Positions 10,157 to 23,404 are shown, numbered from the stretch's first letter. The stretch is 64,000 bases of DNA from Rhizaria sp. SCN 62-66 (GCA_001724265.1 MEDY01000085.1:1-64000); one strand, 5' to 3'. Notes: generated by a model not told the origin, from the sequence alone. Program-made: numbers and translations.

Positions 10157-11731
10157 ATGTCGGCCGAGCCTGAGCTTCCCCCCACCGTCGCCGACGAGGC
10201 GTCCCCGGTTGCCGAGGGCGCTGAGCCCGAGATGTCCAAGTCGGCCATGAAGAAGAAGGCCAAGATGGAGGAGCTCGCCAAGAAGAAGGCTGCCGCCGAG
10301 GCCGCCCGCGCCGAGAAGGCCGCGTCCGCCGACTCCGAGAAGGCCGCCAAGGCGGCCGCCGCGCTCGAGGAGTCTAAGTCGATCGTGCTCACCGAGGACG
10401 CGTCGCTGCCCGCCGCCGAGAAGGTCACCGTTGAGCAGGCCTTCACCATGACCGGCAAGCGCGTCAAGCTCTCCGGCTGGGTGTCGAACCTGCGTCGCCA
10501 GGGCGTCTCTCTGCTCTTCATCGAGCTCCGCGACGGCACGGGCTTCCCCAACACGATCCAGTGCGTGCTCGAGGGCGACCTCGCGAAGTGCTACAACGGC
10601 CAGCTCATCGCGCGCGAGGCCACCGTGGTGCTGCACGGCACCGTGGTTGAGGCCACCAAGAACAGCAAGGGCGGTGTCGAGCTCAAGGTCGACTACTGGA
10701 CCCTCGTGCACCCGTCGTCGCCCGAGATCGAGAACGTGTACAACTTGCAGTCGAACCCTGACGTGCTGATGGACCACCGCCACCTCGCGCTCCGCGATTC
10801 GCGCAACATCTACATTATGCGCCTCCGCTCCATGATCATGCAGTGCCTGCGCCAGCACTTCTGGGGCAAGAGCTTCTACGAGATCACGCCCCCCACGATC
10901 GTCCAGAACCAGGTTGAGGGCGGCTCCACCCTGTTTAAGTTCGACTACTTCGGCTCGCCGGCCTACCTCACCCAGTCGTCGCAGCTCTACCTCGAGACCG
11001 TGGTGCCCGTGCTGGGTAAGACGTTCTGCTGCATGCCGTCGTTCCGTGCCGAGAAGCACCGCACGCGCCGCCACCTGTCCGAGTACACGCACTTCGAGGG
11101 CGAGATGGGCTTCATCAACTTCGAGGACCTGCTGCAGACGCTCGAGGACATGGTCGTCAACGTCGCCGAGCGCCTCGACGCCATGGCCGGCCCCATGCTG
11201 CGCCACATCAACCCCAACTTTAAGGTGCCGCAGCGTCCGTTCAAGCGCATGGATTACGCTGACGCCATCAAGTGGCTCAACGACAACGACGTCTACAAGG
11301 ACCCCGAGACCAAGGAGCGCTACGTCTTCGGCGACGACATCCCCGAGGCGCCCGAGCGCAAGATGACCGACACGATCGGCGAGCCCATCTTCCTGTGCCG
11401 CTTCCCGACAGACATGAAGCCCTTCTACATGTACCGCGACCCCAAGAACCCGTCGGTGACCGAGTCTGTTGACCTCCTCATGCCCGGCGTCGGCGAGATC
11501 GTCGGCGGTTCGATGCGTACGTGGGACCTCGACACCCTGCTTAAGGGCTTCGCGCACGAGGGCATCGACGTGTCGTCCTACTACTGGTACAACGACCTCC
11601 GCAAGTACGGCGCGTGCCCCCACGGCGGCTGGGGCCTCGGCCTCGAGCGCTACGTGTGCTGGATCCTCGGCCTCGACCACATCCGCGACGCCTGCCTCTA
11701 CCCGCGCTTCACCGGCCGCGCCACCCCCTAA
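10157..11731 (+). CDS. NARS1: Asparagine--tRNA ligase, cytosolic (~524 aa)
   Basis: OB-fold (GWV..LRRQG, FIELRDGTG), QVEGGSTLF, AYLTQSSQLYLE, FRAEKHRTRRHLSEYTH, DIPEAPER, GEIVGGSMR, PHGGWGLGLER and YPRF. Ends in TAA. Confidence 0.95.
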   Translation: MSAEPELPPTVADEASPVAEGAEPEMSKSAMKKKAKMEELAKKKAAAEAARAEKAASADSEKAAKAAAALEESKSIVLTEDASLPAAEKVTVEQAFTMTGKRVKLSGWVSNLRRQGVSLLFIELRDGTGFPNTIQCVLEGDLAKCYNGQLIAREATVVLHGTVVEATKNSKGGVELKVDYWTLVHPSSPEIENVYNLQSNPDVLMDHRHLALRDSRNIYIMRLRSMIMQCLRQHFWGKSFYEITPPTIVQNQVEGGSTLFKFDYFGSPAYLTQSSQLYLETVVPVLGKTFCCMPSFRAEKHRTRRHLSEYTHFEGEMGFINFEDLLQTLEDMVVNVAERLDAMAGPMLRHINPNFKVPQRPFKRMDYADAIKWLNDNDVYKDPETKERYVFGDDIPEAPERKMTDTIGEPIFLCRFPTDMKPFYMYRDPKNPSVTESVDLLMPGVGEIVGGSMRTWDLDTLLKGFAHEGIDVSSYYWYNDLRKYGACPHGGWGLGLERYVCWILGLDHIRDACLYPRFTGRATP

Positions 11732-12185
11732 GTGCAACGCAGCACGGTTAGAGTGGACGAGACTGACTCACTCAACGCAGTCGGCCTAACTGTCTGACTG
11801 TCGCGTGGAAGGGATGAGGACAGTGACGTGGCGATGGCGATGTGCGATCGCCACGTGTGTGTTAGATGATGATGATATTGTAGAACGGATTTTACCAACC
11901 TTAGAGATTGTAGACCGTTTGCGCGCAAGTGTAACTAGGCACGCGTGCGGTCACAATCAAACAATTTTTAGAATAAAACAAACATAATTAGTGTCAGTGA
12001 TTGTTTTTATAGCTGTATGCTTCATCAGATGATTAATTGTACGTATGTATTTGGTTTGAGTTATCTGAGTTTGTAGTTAGCATGGTGTTCTGATAAGCGA
12101 GTGTGAAAGTAATGAGCTAAATAGGCGAGATATAAGTGAATACATGAATTTGTGTGACAACGCAGTTGGTGGTAGACGGGTTGCT

Positions 12186-15100
12186 TCAGTACACGATCAC
12201 GAGTACCCAGTTCATGACGACAAGTACCGGGTTAAACACGATGATCGTGCGCACGATGTCGAGAATGCCTCCCCAGGCCGAGCTCTGCAGCTCCCAAGGG
12301 TGGTCGACAGCCAGGGTCTCCTTGAGCGAGCACTTGGCGCGGCACAACGCGCAAGTGTCGTGTTTACCGACGAGTAACCAGCCGCGGAGGCAGAACTCGT
12401 GGAACACATGCCCGCACGGCAGCGCGTACACGGCCTCGGTCGCGGCCGTTGTCACGAGGCCGACGTTCTCCCCGACCGCGGCGGCGTCCTCGTCCTCGTC
12501 CTCCTCGCCGTCGTCGTCGACACGGCCGCGGTGACCGTGGGCGGCATGTGTTCCTCCGTGCGTACCGTGGCGGGGCACAAGGCCGCCGATCTGGCGCGGA
12601 CGGCCCCCGTCGGCGGTGGCCGCGGTGACCAGTGCGCTGTCGCAGATGGCGCACGTGTTGTCCTTCAGCACAGGCTTGCCGCTGCCGTTACCGCTGCCGC
12701 TGCCGTTGCCGTTGTCGCTGTTGGGCGCAAGCGCGGCCGGGAGACCGACCTGCTCAACGACAGAGTTATCGCTGTTATTGTTATTACTAGCGTTGTCGTC
12801 ATCGTCGAAGTCCGAGTCGGAGTCAGAGTCGTCGTGCTGTTGGTGCCACGTCCCCACCCCCCCAGCATCCGCGCTGTCCGCGCCGTCGCCGCCGCTGGCG
12901 CCCGCCGCCGCAGCGGCCGCGGCGGCCGCCCTGCGTCGTCGCATGCGCAATCCCCCGTCCGCGGCGGGCGCGGGCGCGAGGAGTCCGCGGCGCAGGCGGC
13001 GCGGCAGGACACGACGCAGCACCTTGCGGCCGGCGAGCAACGCGCGCGGCGCGTACCCGATCCGCGCAGCGATGGTGTCTGTGACGACGGCGGCGAGGTC
13101 GCGCGAGAGCACGCCGAAGTAGAGCCCGTAGAAGATGAGGTGCAGGCCGACGTCGCCGAGCCAAAGCAGCGACGACCAGGACATCTCGCCCGACGCGGCG
13201 ACGGCGGCGGCGGCGGCGACGTCGGCCGCCGAGGCGTCGGGGGCCAGCGCGGCGTGCGCGAGGGCCGAGGGGCCAAAGGCGAGGGCCGCGAACAGCAGCG
13301 GCAGACCGGAAAGGTGCAGCAGCAGCAGCACCCAGCCGGCGAGGGCGGCGGTGTAGCAGACCTTGAAGGCGCGCAAAAACCACTGATACACGCGGCGCGG
13401 CGTCGTCGCGGCCATCACAGAGGTATCGGTACCAGTGCCCGCCGCGGCCGCAGCAGTGCCAGAAGAGGAGCCAGCGGCGGCAAAGGAGTCTTTCTTATCT
13501 TTGCTATCCTTGTCGTCCTTGTCCTCGTCTTCTGCGCCAAAGTCTTGTTCTTGGATGTTGAGCGCGCTCGACGGCGCGGGTGAGGTGGCCTTGAGGACGA
13601 GTCGCGCTGTGGCGGCTGTGAACGCAGCCCAGGCCAGGAGGAAGCGCCAGTAGTGGAGGTAGACTGCGAACCAGGCGGGGATGACCCATAGCCCCAGCAG
13701 CATCGCGGCGTCGAACGACCGGCGCGCGCGGCGCTTCCACTCCCTTAGCGCCAGCTGCGAGGCGACGAGGACCAGGAGCATGCCGAGGAGAATGCGGCCG
13801 GAGTCGCGCTCCGTCTCGGACTGTCGGTGGAAGTGTCCGCCGTGCGGGACAAGGTTGTCGGCCGACACTGTAAAGTGCGTGTGCGCAGCCGGGTGCGCGT
13901 GGGCAACGCGGCGCACGTTATAGTGCTTGCCCAGCTTCGCCGCAGTGGCCTCAATCGCGGCTGCAATGTCCTCGCCGTCGCCGCTCGTGTCGATCGTGAT
14001 TTCACGCAGGGAAGACACGGGGCGGCCGTCAGCGCCCACGAGCACAGGGACACTGCCGCCAGCCGCAGAGCCAGCGGACACCACAGCACCAGAGCCAGCG
14101 CCAGCGCCAGCGCCAGAGCCAGCGCCAGAGCCAGGGCTACTAGAGATACTGTCGGCGCCCGGGGCGCCGATCTGCTTGCGCTGCTCGCTCTGCTTCTGCT
14201 GGTCACCGCTCTCGGCGCCGCCCTCGAGCTGCCTCTGCGCGGCGATCGTGGTGCCCGGCTTGGGCCACGGGCGGCCCGCCGAGTCGATCTCGTAGTCGTC
14301 GCCGCCCAGAGCGGCCAGCCCAGCCTCGAGCTGCCGCAGCTTCGCGGCGCGTGCCAGCTTTTCGATCGCACTGACGGCGCCAGCGCTAGCGCCGGTCGAT
14401 AGAACGACGGCAGATGAGCCGGCGGAGTCTGCGGTTATGGCGGCCTGGAGCTGCGCCTTGGCAGCGGTGAGCGCGGCGGCGTTGCTGGCGCCGTGGATCA
14501 TCCGGGGGTCGCTGCGCACGTACGTCGGGGCGGCAGCGCCGGCCTTACTCGCGGCAGCCGCGGCAGTCGCGGTCGTCGCGGTCTTGCCAGACTTTGACTG
14601 CGCGTTCCTGGCGGCAGTCTTTTGCGACGCAGCAGCCTTCGCAGAAGCTGCTGCAGGTGGGGGTGGGGGCACTGTTGAGGTGTCATCCGTGGCCAGCAAT
14701 GCTTTAAAGTAAGCCGCTTCCTCAGCCGAGCCGAAGTCCTCCGCAGCTCGCAGCTCATCATTTTCGTCGTCGTCATCGTCGTTGTCGTCGTCGTGAGATT
14801 TGACTGGTGCGGCAGGGCGAGCTTGCGGCTGCGACGGCGGTTGAGAGTGCGCCAGTGAAGTGAAGATGCGGCGCGCACCGTTGCCCCCACCACCACGCTG
14901 TTGCTGTTGTTGTTGCATATGTGACTGCTGCGGGGTAAAGAGCCCATCGTCACTGCCACTGTCAAGATCGATGTCAATGCCCATCGCTCTGTCCATATCA
15001 CGGCGCATATCAGCCATCATTGCGGCCATCATCCCACTAAACGGGTCACTATTACCACCGTCGCCTAACTTATCGCCGCGGTCCATCATGGCGGCAAAGG

Positions 15101-16694
15101 GGTCGTCATTGCGGTCAAGCAGAGATGTGAAAAGTGGGTCACTGCGGTCCATCATCACGCTGTTCATGTCGTTGTTCATGTCGCTCACCATGCGGTCCAT
15201 CATTGAACTCATGCTGCGCATAATCGTGACAGGCTTCATCGGACCCATGGAACGCATGGGGCTCATACGAGGACTCATGGGGATCATAGTCGGCATCATA
15301 ACAGGCAGATCATTCGCATTACCATTGCCGTCGATCAAGCTAACGGCAACACCGCTGTTGTTGATCTCGGTATCGGCGTTGCCGTTGCGGTTGTCGTAGT
15401 CGTTGCTGTTGCCGTTGGCAGAGATGACGTTAATGGTGTTGAAGAGAGGAGCGCCGTCGCCGCCGTTGTTCAGCATGCTAGAACGGACAGTGCGCGTCAT
15501 CGTCCGCCGCGTCACACCCACGCCACCACCACCGTGACCGTGACCGTGGGCGTTGCTTAGACCGCCGCCACCAATTCCGCCGAAGCCGCCGCTGCCGCCG
15601 AGCGCGTTGAGGTCAGTCGCGGTCGAACTGCTGCTGGTCGCGGTGGTCGTCGTCGTGGTGATGGCTGCGCCGGTGACGGGGTCGGTGTACGTGCTCGTGC
15701 GGGTGACGTACGTGGGGGCACCGTGGCCGCTGTCAAAGGACTGTGAGCCGCTGACAAGTGACTGTGGGTCACCGCCGAGAAGAGACTGTGAGCTATCAAA
15801 GCTGCGGACAAGCTCCTCCAGCAGACTCCCCACGTCGACTAAGGGGGTACTTAGACCGGCGTCTGCGTCGCCACTCATGCCACTCACAGTCCGGGTTGCC
15901 TAAGTACTAAACCTGGCGTTTGATAGCGACAGAGGCAGGGCCAGCGACAGCGCCAGAGGCAGCGCGGCGCCGTCGATCGGCGCGACGGGAGCCACGGGCG
16001 CAACGGGGGCAAAAAGCCCGCCTGCTTCGTCGTCGCCGTCATCATCTGTGTGAACATTGTCGTTGTTCCCGTCGTCGTCGGCGGGGGGAGATGGGATGGG
16101 GCCAGGGGCGGGCACCGACAGACGCAGGCCGGCCAAACCGCCGCCGCCGCCGCCGAGGCTGATGCCAATGCCAGTGGCGCCAGCGCGGGGGCGGACGGGC
16201 GCTGATGAGCCAGAGCCAGAGCCAGAGCCAGCGCCAGAGCCTGAGCCGCCAGAGCCGGTGCTAGCGCCTGTGGAGGTGAACATGTCTGTGTCAGCGGCAG
16301 CGGCGGCAGCGGCGAGGGCGGCGCGCTCGGCGCCCGCGGTAAGGCGGGTGCGGCGGCGGCTGTCCGAGTCTGTTACAACAGTTGCGTCACCGCTGTTGGC
16401 GTTAGCGTCGGCGTTGTTGGCGAGAGTGTTGCCTTGTGCGTCGGTGACTGTGAAGGCGGCGTCAAGGACGGCGTCAATGCCGCGGCCCATGCCGGCCAGC
16501 AGCGCGCGGGCGGCCGCGTCGCCGCCAGAGCCGGCATCAGCACCGGCCTGAGACTGAACCTTCGGTGCAGAGTCAACGGAAGAGTCTGTGGCGGTTGAGA
16601 CGGTGGCTGCGACTGTGGCGGCAAAAGCGAGCGCTAATAGCAGCAACATCGCGCGCAGGAGGGCACGGGGCGCAAGAGCGGCGTGCGCAAACAT
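12186..16694 (-). CDS. RNF121/RNF175-like multi-pass membrane RING-H2 E3 ligase with signal peptide and long N-terminal extension (1502 aa with one in-frame TAG)
   Basis: ORFs 15900..16694 and 12186..15887 are in the same frame, separated only by TAG at 15900-15902 plus 4 sense codons. The C-terminal part has LGLWVIPAWF..LHYWRFL, TTPRRVYQWF, FYGLYFGVLSRD and LPCGHVFHEFCLRGWLLVGK.DTC..C...HPWE. Ends in TGA. Confidence 0.85.
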
Positions 16695-18295
16695 TGAGGA
16701 ACGCAGGGAGAGACAGGACTGTCTCAGACAGAAGACAGAACTCGACTACAACCGAGTGAGAGTTCGAGATAAGTCGGAGTGAGGTCGGGACAGCGGGCGA
16801 GCGCAGACAAGCCTGGGATGGCCGGTCGAGGCAACACTAGAAGATGCTTGAGTGTACGGGGCGGGGGACGCAGTCACAGGGGCGATGCGATAGACTGAGG
16901 CGGTGAGGTGAGAGTGCTGTTGAGAGCAACGCAATGGAAGAGAGCTCGGGAACTTGCTCAACTAGAAGCAGACTGTTCATGAGGAAAATGTCGTTGCAGT
17001 CGAGTGAAATTCTATGAGCATATTAAAATACGTAATTGTAGTATGATACTAAAACAATTGGTTCGGCAACGGTCATGATGCGGCAAATATCATATGCTCG
17101 TTTGTTGCTGACGCGAAGGGTCAAACAAGCGATCAGTTATGTTCAAAGAAAATACGTGAGCTGCATCCTGTTCATGTCAGCAACTAAGATGTGCGTCTGC
17201 CTTGTTGCTTGCGACATTGTATCCATCGATATTGTTTGGGGTATATCTACGCCTGACTGCGCGGTGGCTCAGTAACGTCATAGTTGTCACCAGTGGTTGC
17301 GCTTTCTCTTGTGGCTGAGACATCATTCGATGGCTTGTCCACGTGTCCCGCAATTCGCCGCAAGATTTAACCAACATCCATCGGTTTATCTTCGCACGAG
17401 TGCATGCCGGCGGCGCTCTACGCGCCCGCCGCGCCCCTTTGCACAGCGCCGGCCTCCGTCAGCGCAGCTGTCTTCACTGCTTGCGCCCTCGCAGCCTTGT
17501 GAAATTACATGTTGATAACACGCTAGACGGAGTATCTACTTCTTTATATTGCAGTATGCAACTTTATGCGCAGGAAGCCAACACCACTCAAGTTGAATAC
17601 GCGTATGCGGTCTGTTAGTCCGATATTATGACTTCAAATGTACAGTTTGCATCGACTGCCTCAGCGTGTCAGTGATTGCCATGACTTGCAACGTCGTCAT
17701 CGCAAATACCTCAAAACACAGCCAGTCCACACATGCTATATAAGGTGTGCAAGTGGCGCGACGCGTCTGTTTGAACTTCATTCACTAACGTCCTAGACTC
17801 AAAGTCCACTGATACTTCTATCTTCAAGTGCCTCCTTTGTTTGTGGTCGACTGCGCTCAGCAGGGATTAAGTCATGTATATCGTTGATGACGTCAATAAA
17901 CTATAGCGATAGTACTTAAATATATGCCAGCCACATGATATCTAGAATTCAATGCACAATAATGTTATCTGGCGCATATAACGACACAAAGATTGTGTAA
18001 CAGCGGAGAGTGACTGTGGGCCATCGACGTCCTTGGCCTCGAGGCCGCGTGCACACCGAGGAGTAACTTGCTGATAGCGCTGTAGAATCTGCATGTAGCG
18101 GTTTATTCGATGCATTTGCTGTGCATGTTACGCTTTTGTTGCACTACTAAAATTATACTCCAAATTGACACTTATTACCCGACTATTGGCTATTTCCCCC
18201 AACTCACCTCGTGCCGGTTCGCGTGTGCCTTCTGCTCGCCTCCTTTCTGCTTTCCTACTGTGCATATCAATCCATTCCCTCCATTTTGCAGAAAA

Positions 18296-19734
18296 ATGTC
18301 GAAGGTACGCACACGTTCTTCAAATTCTACACTGTTTAATCTCAAAGACAATGACGTATCTTGCTAGTCTCTCTCTCTCTTGCGCCACTCACCTCGCCCT
18401 CCGTTGTACTGTTTCCCTTTCCCTTCCGTTTCATCCTCCGTGCTCGTCCCGCCGCCCTTTGCTTGCGCCCACAGTGCGGTGTGTGTGAGAAGACAGTGTA
18501 CCCGATGGAGCGCCAGCTCTACGACGACATGTCGTACCACAAGACCTGCTTCAAGTGCCTCTCGTGCGCCTCCACCCTGTCCATCTCGGCCGTTGCCAAG
18601 ATCAAGGGCGACCTCTACTGCCGCGTCTGCTTCAAGAAGATCTTCAAGGAGAAGGGCACGTACGCCTCCTTTGGCGCTAAGACCCTCGCCGCGAACGCAC
18701 CGATGAAGGACGTCCACGCGGCCGCCACGTCGCGCATGTCCGTCATGGCCGGCGGCGGCACCACACCGGGTTCGCTCTCGGTCACGGCCACCGCGGGCGC
18801 GGGCTCGGCCCCGGGCTCTGGCGCGCCCACGCCCTCTTCGGCCGCCGCCGCCGCTGCCGCCGCGACCGCCGCGGCAGGCGTGAACCACTCGCTGTTCTAC
18901 GACGACGACGATGACGACGAGCCCCCCGTCCCCACCCCTTCCGCTGCCGCCAAGCCCGCCACCCCTGCCTCCGCTGCTGCCCCTGCTGCCGCCACTGCGC
19001 CTGCGAAGCCCGCGGCCGTGTTTGTCGCGACCCCCACGGCGTCTGCCCCCGCGTCTGCGGCGACTAGCCCCGCCGCCGTGACCCCCGCCTCGTCTATCTC
19101 CGCCGCTGCTAAGCCCGCCGCCGCGCCTGCCGCCGAGCCCGAGTCCGACAGTTCGACCCCCGCGGTGACCCCCAATGCTGCTACTGCTGCGCCTGTGTCG
19201 GACACTTTCCGCACAGGTCTCCGCCCCGCCGCCGTGCGCCCCGGACTCTCCTCCCCTTCTTCCGCCACGGCGCCGGCCGCGGTCAACAGCAGCGCGCCCG
19301 CCGCCTCTGCCGCTCCGGCCGCGCTGTCTGTGTCCCCTGCCGCCGCCGCCGCTGCCCCGGGCGACGCGGCGGCGGCGGCCCCTGAGCCCCCACTGTCTGC
19401 AAAGGCTGCTGCGATCAAGCGGTTCAGCGTCTTCACCGCGCCCGCGCCTACGGCCAAGTGCGTGAAGTGCTCCAAGACCGTCTACGACATGGAGAAGCAG
19501 GTGTACGACAACGAGCCGTACCACAAGACGTGCTTCAAGTGCCTTTCGTGCTCGTCCACGCTCGGGATCACCGCCGTGGCAAAGATCAAGGGCGACCTCT
19601 ATTGCAAGGTCTGCTTCAAGAAGATCTTCAAGGAGAAGGGCACGTACGCTTCCTTCGGCGCCAAGACGCTTGCGGCGAATGCGCCGATGAAGGACGTCAT
19701 TGCCGCACAGCAGTCCGGCGCTACTAACGAGTAA
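18296..19734 (+). CDS. Two-LIM-domain protein (2 exons, ~422 aa)
   Basis: Exons 18296-18304 (MSK) and 18475-19734, intron GTACGC...CCCACAG. Two C-x2-C...H-x2-C-x2-C-x2-C...C-x2-C LIM motifs are separated by an Ala/Pro/Thr linker. Ends in TAA. Confidence 0.88.
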
Positions 19735-20299
19735 GCGGCAAGCGAGCTGACCGACGCACTGTAAACACGTCAGGAAAAGCGAAACGAGTGGTTGACGTAT
19801 ACGGTATGATTTTTAGAGAGGGATTCCGGGTCCACAACGATGCAGACAAGTTGCAAGTGAGCATTGAGTGAGCAGCAATGACGAGTGCAAACATGTGTCT
19901 TGAGAATCATGATTGAGATGAGATAGAGATGAGATATAGAAAGAGAGCTTTGGTATCACACTGTGGCAAGCGAGTATACTGCGTCAGATTGGCGGGTATA
20001 TATCGCATGGAGTGGCCACGATACTGAAGTCTGATTTACAAAGGACATGTACATAAGATAACACGCAAAAACGGGGTGCTTTTACGAAAGTCTCCCTCTT
20101 CATAAATACAAAAACAACGAATACTTTTTTTTTTTCATGTGTTGTGTCCAAAACCGGTTTGTGGTTGGCAAGAAGTTAAGTCGCCTGCAGTTTGCCGGCC
20201 GGCACCGAGAACGAGGGGGGCAGGGCGGAGGCTGCGGTCACATTACGAGTCGTTTGGGCGAGAAGGGTGCTTGCCGAAGTTCCGTCAACAAAACTAAAA

Positions 20300-22337
20300 A
20301 TGGCTACTGCTGAAGGTGTTCGCGCCAACGTCCCTGTTTATGCCTCTGTCTCCCTGTGTACGTCGCTCTATCGTTGCTTTTGCCCCGCCGGCTCGGGGGC
20401 CTGGTCCTGCGTCACCCCCGTTCGGGGCGGCTGCGGTCATGCCTTCGACCGCGTTATTTTCGCCATAATTCCATCTATCATTTTGCAATGCTTAAAACCT
20501 ACATTGGATGTATCTACCCGCATCCGTAAAACTTTCTGCCGTCGCTGTTGAATATGTTTCCGAAGTGCTCAAAAAGCGCTCGCCTCACCCTACTTTGAGC
20601 GACCCCTGTCTCTTCCCCTTCGCACTCGTTCCTGACTCTGTTCTTACCCATACTTTACGCTGATTTGCCCTTCATATGACTTGTTTAGACGTCGGTGACC
20701 TCCACCCCGACACTACCGAGGCTGAGCTCCACGAGAAGTTCGCCACCGCGGGCCAGATCGCCTCGATCCGTCTCTGCCGTGATGCCGTGACTCGCCGCTC
20801 CCTTGGGTACGGCTACGTCAACTTCCAGGACACCGAGTCTGCGGAGCGTGCCATCTCCACCCTCAACTTCACCAAGATCCACGACCGCCAGTGCCGTGTC
20901 TGCTGGTCCCAGCGCGACGCCTCCCAGCGCCGCTCTGGCAACGGCAACCTCTACGTCAAGAACCTGCCCGCGTCCATGGACAACCTCACGTTCCAGCAGA
21001 TCTTCTCCAAGTACGGCGACATCGTCTCGTCCAAGGTTTCCGTCGACATGAAGACTGGCCAGTGCCTTAGCTACGGCTTCGTCAACTTCGACTCCGAGGA
21101 GAACGCCAACAAGGTCGTCGCTGCTTCCCCCATCGACTACAACGGCGCTCAGCTCGTTGTTATGCCCTTCAAGTCCCAGAAGGAGCGTGGCACTGTCAAC
21201 GCCGCCTTCACCAACGTCTACGTCAAGGATTTCCCCGAGTCCTGGTCTGAGGAGCAGCTCAACAAGCACTTCTCCCAGTTCGGCACCATCACCTCCTCCG
21301 TCGTCGTCGTCTCCACCCACAACACCTCGTCTGGCCGCAAGTTCGGCTTCGTCAACTTCGCCAACCACGAGCAGGCCCAGAACGCCATCGAGCAGTCCAA
21401 CGTCGTCGAGGTCGAGGGCAAGAAGGTCTACGTCGTCCGCGCGCAGACCAAGAACGAGCGTGAGCGCCAGAAGAAGGAGATGTCCGAGGCCCGCCGCGTC
21501 GACCGCATGCAGAAGTACGCCCACTGCAACCTCTACGTCCGCTTCCTTCCCGAGACCGTCTCTGACGAGCAGTTCAAGGAGGTCTTCGGCAAGTGCGGCA
21601 CCATCGTGTCCTCCCGCGTCGCCCGCCACGACGACGGCCGTGCCACCTCGGTCGCCTATGTGTGCTTCTCGGCCGCCGAGGAGGCCACCAAGGCCATCGC
21701 CGAGCTCAACCAGTCGATCATCTTCGGCACCACGCCCCTGATGGTGACCTACCACCAGACCAAGGCGGCCCGCGTCCAGCAGCAGCGCCAGGCTTTCCCC
21801 ATGCGTGGCGCCTTCCCGCCCCACATGGGCGCCATGATGATGCAGGTTCCGCCCCACATGAAGCACGGCCTGCACCCCGCCGCCTACGCCGCCGCCGCGG
21901 CCGGTGGCATGTACCCCATGCACATGAACAACGGCTTCATGGGCAACGGTGGCTTCCGCGGCAACCGCAACGGTGGCATGCCCCGCCACTTCAACAACGG
22001 CCCCCACGGCGGCCCCCGTGGCCCCCGCCAGAACCGCCCTCAGGGCGGCAACGGCGTCCGCCGCGGCCCCCGCCAGGCCGGCCACGCCGTCGCTGCGCCC
22101 GCGCAGTTCGACGCCGCGACCTTCGCCCAGTACCCCCCGGACCAGCAGCGCAACTACCTCGGCGAGCTGCTCTTCCCCAAGGTTGCCTCGGTGAACCAGG
22201 AGCAGGCCCCCAAGATCACCGGTATGCTCATCGAGATGGACCACAACGAGGTCATCAAGCTCCTCCACTCCGACGAGGAGCTCAAGGCCAAGATCAACGA
22301 GGCCATCGAGGTCCTCCGCACCGCCGAGCAGCAGTAA
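20300..22337 (+). CDS. PABPC: Polyadenylate-binding protein, cytoplasmic (2 exons, ~568 aa)
   Basis: Exons 20300-20357 and 20689-22337. Intron GTACGT...TTTAG (331 nt); splicing recreates the conserved SLYVGDLHPD. Four RRMs (RRSLGYGYVNF, NLYVKNL, FTNVYVK) and a C-terminal MLLE domain (LGELLFPKV...APKITGMLIE). Ends in TAA. Confidence 0.96.
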
Positions 22338-22842
22338 GTTGGTTATTGTTAGACGACACCACGGCGCACAAGCAAACCTCTGACCGCCGCGAGAGAGTGT
22401 TGCATTAGCAACACGCATTTCCTCTCGTGTTTCGATCCTCTTGTTTGTTTGCGTGCCGTGCATGTTAACATCAATAACAACAACAACTTGCTCTGTCGCC
22501 CCGCGTGCGCGTGAGTGATACCACCGTAAACACTTGTTTCCCACGCCGGTTCCCTTTCTCTCTGATACAGGGCGCTGACGGGGGTTGTCACCAACACCTT
22601 CACAACACAGAAGCTTCTAAACCTAAAATAATACAACATTGACGGCATTTTCATGAAAATACTACACCTTTACGCATATGAAATAAACTATACTATCTTT
22701 GTATTTGCATGTTTGCTTGTTTTGTTTCTTTATATTCTATCGATTGGTGGTGTGTTATAAAACTGTGTAAAGATCCGGGATGCTTATCCTTTGTTGTTCA
22801 CGCCTGCGTCACTGCGCCGCACTTGCTTTGCGCGCGCGCCGC

Positions 22843-23404
22843 TTACTCAGTGCCGCTCTTAAAGAGGAGGACCGAAAGCCCGGCGACGGTGAAGAAGATG
22901 AACGAGCGGGCCTCGTGGACGACCTGGGAGCCGAAGTTGGAGCCGGCGATGCAGTGCCAGGCGGGACCAAAGCGGCCGTCGAAGCCCTGCTTGAGCGCGG
23001 CGGCCAGCGCGGCTGGGTCGGAGCTCTGCTGCAGGGCCTCTTGGGCCAGGGAGATGGCCGCGGAGGAGAAGCGGGGCAGCATGTCCGTGTTCTTGATCTA
23101 AGAGGCGTGTGGAAACGCGGAGTGCGGGGTGCAGTGAGGGTGGGAGAGGCGGATTGGACGAAGACCGATGATAAGGCAGTAACAGTAAAGGGCAAGCAAT
23201 GGACAAGGGGGGAAAAGCACGGATAGTGATGTGAGTGACATGTGGAGAACGCTCAATCATGGCGATCGCGAGCGAGAGAACAGCGATAGCGAGCTGATGT
23301 GGAAAACGGGAGGATAGACGTACCGAGCAGGTGAGCTGGGAGATGTCGAGACCAGGGAAGGACTCAGCAGTGGTGTCAGGGCCGACAGCCTGAGTCTCAC
23401 TCAT
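22843..23404 (-). CDS. Dynein light chain LC8 family protein (2 exons, ~111 aa)
   Basis: Exons 23404-23324 and 23097-22843, intron GTACGT...CTTAG. Motifs IKNTDM, LKQGFDGRFGPAWHCIAGSNFGSQVVHE and LLFKSG. Ends in TAA. Confidence 0.88.

Noticed and set aside
10142-11737. Long antisense and alternate-frame ORFs (also 20685..22544, 27880..30429, 43112..45088 and many others)
   Set aside because: Shadow ORFs caused by high GC3 in recognised genes on the opposite strand or frame. They show no motifs of their own.
17368-17504. GC-rich patch reading ...AAGA*SAAGM... on the minus strand with a TAG at 17418
   Set aside because: Bounded by TAA on both sides, with no upstream ATG or convincing acceptor. 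Not counted as evidence for recoding.
16800-18250. Search by eye for a CUA-anticodon (suppressor) tRNA or other ncRNA in this and the other long spacers
   Set aside because: No cloverleaf with a proper T-loop and acceptor stem was recognisable. tRNAscan-SE or Infernal is needed to exclude one.
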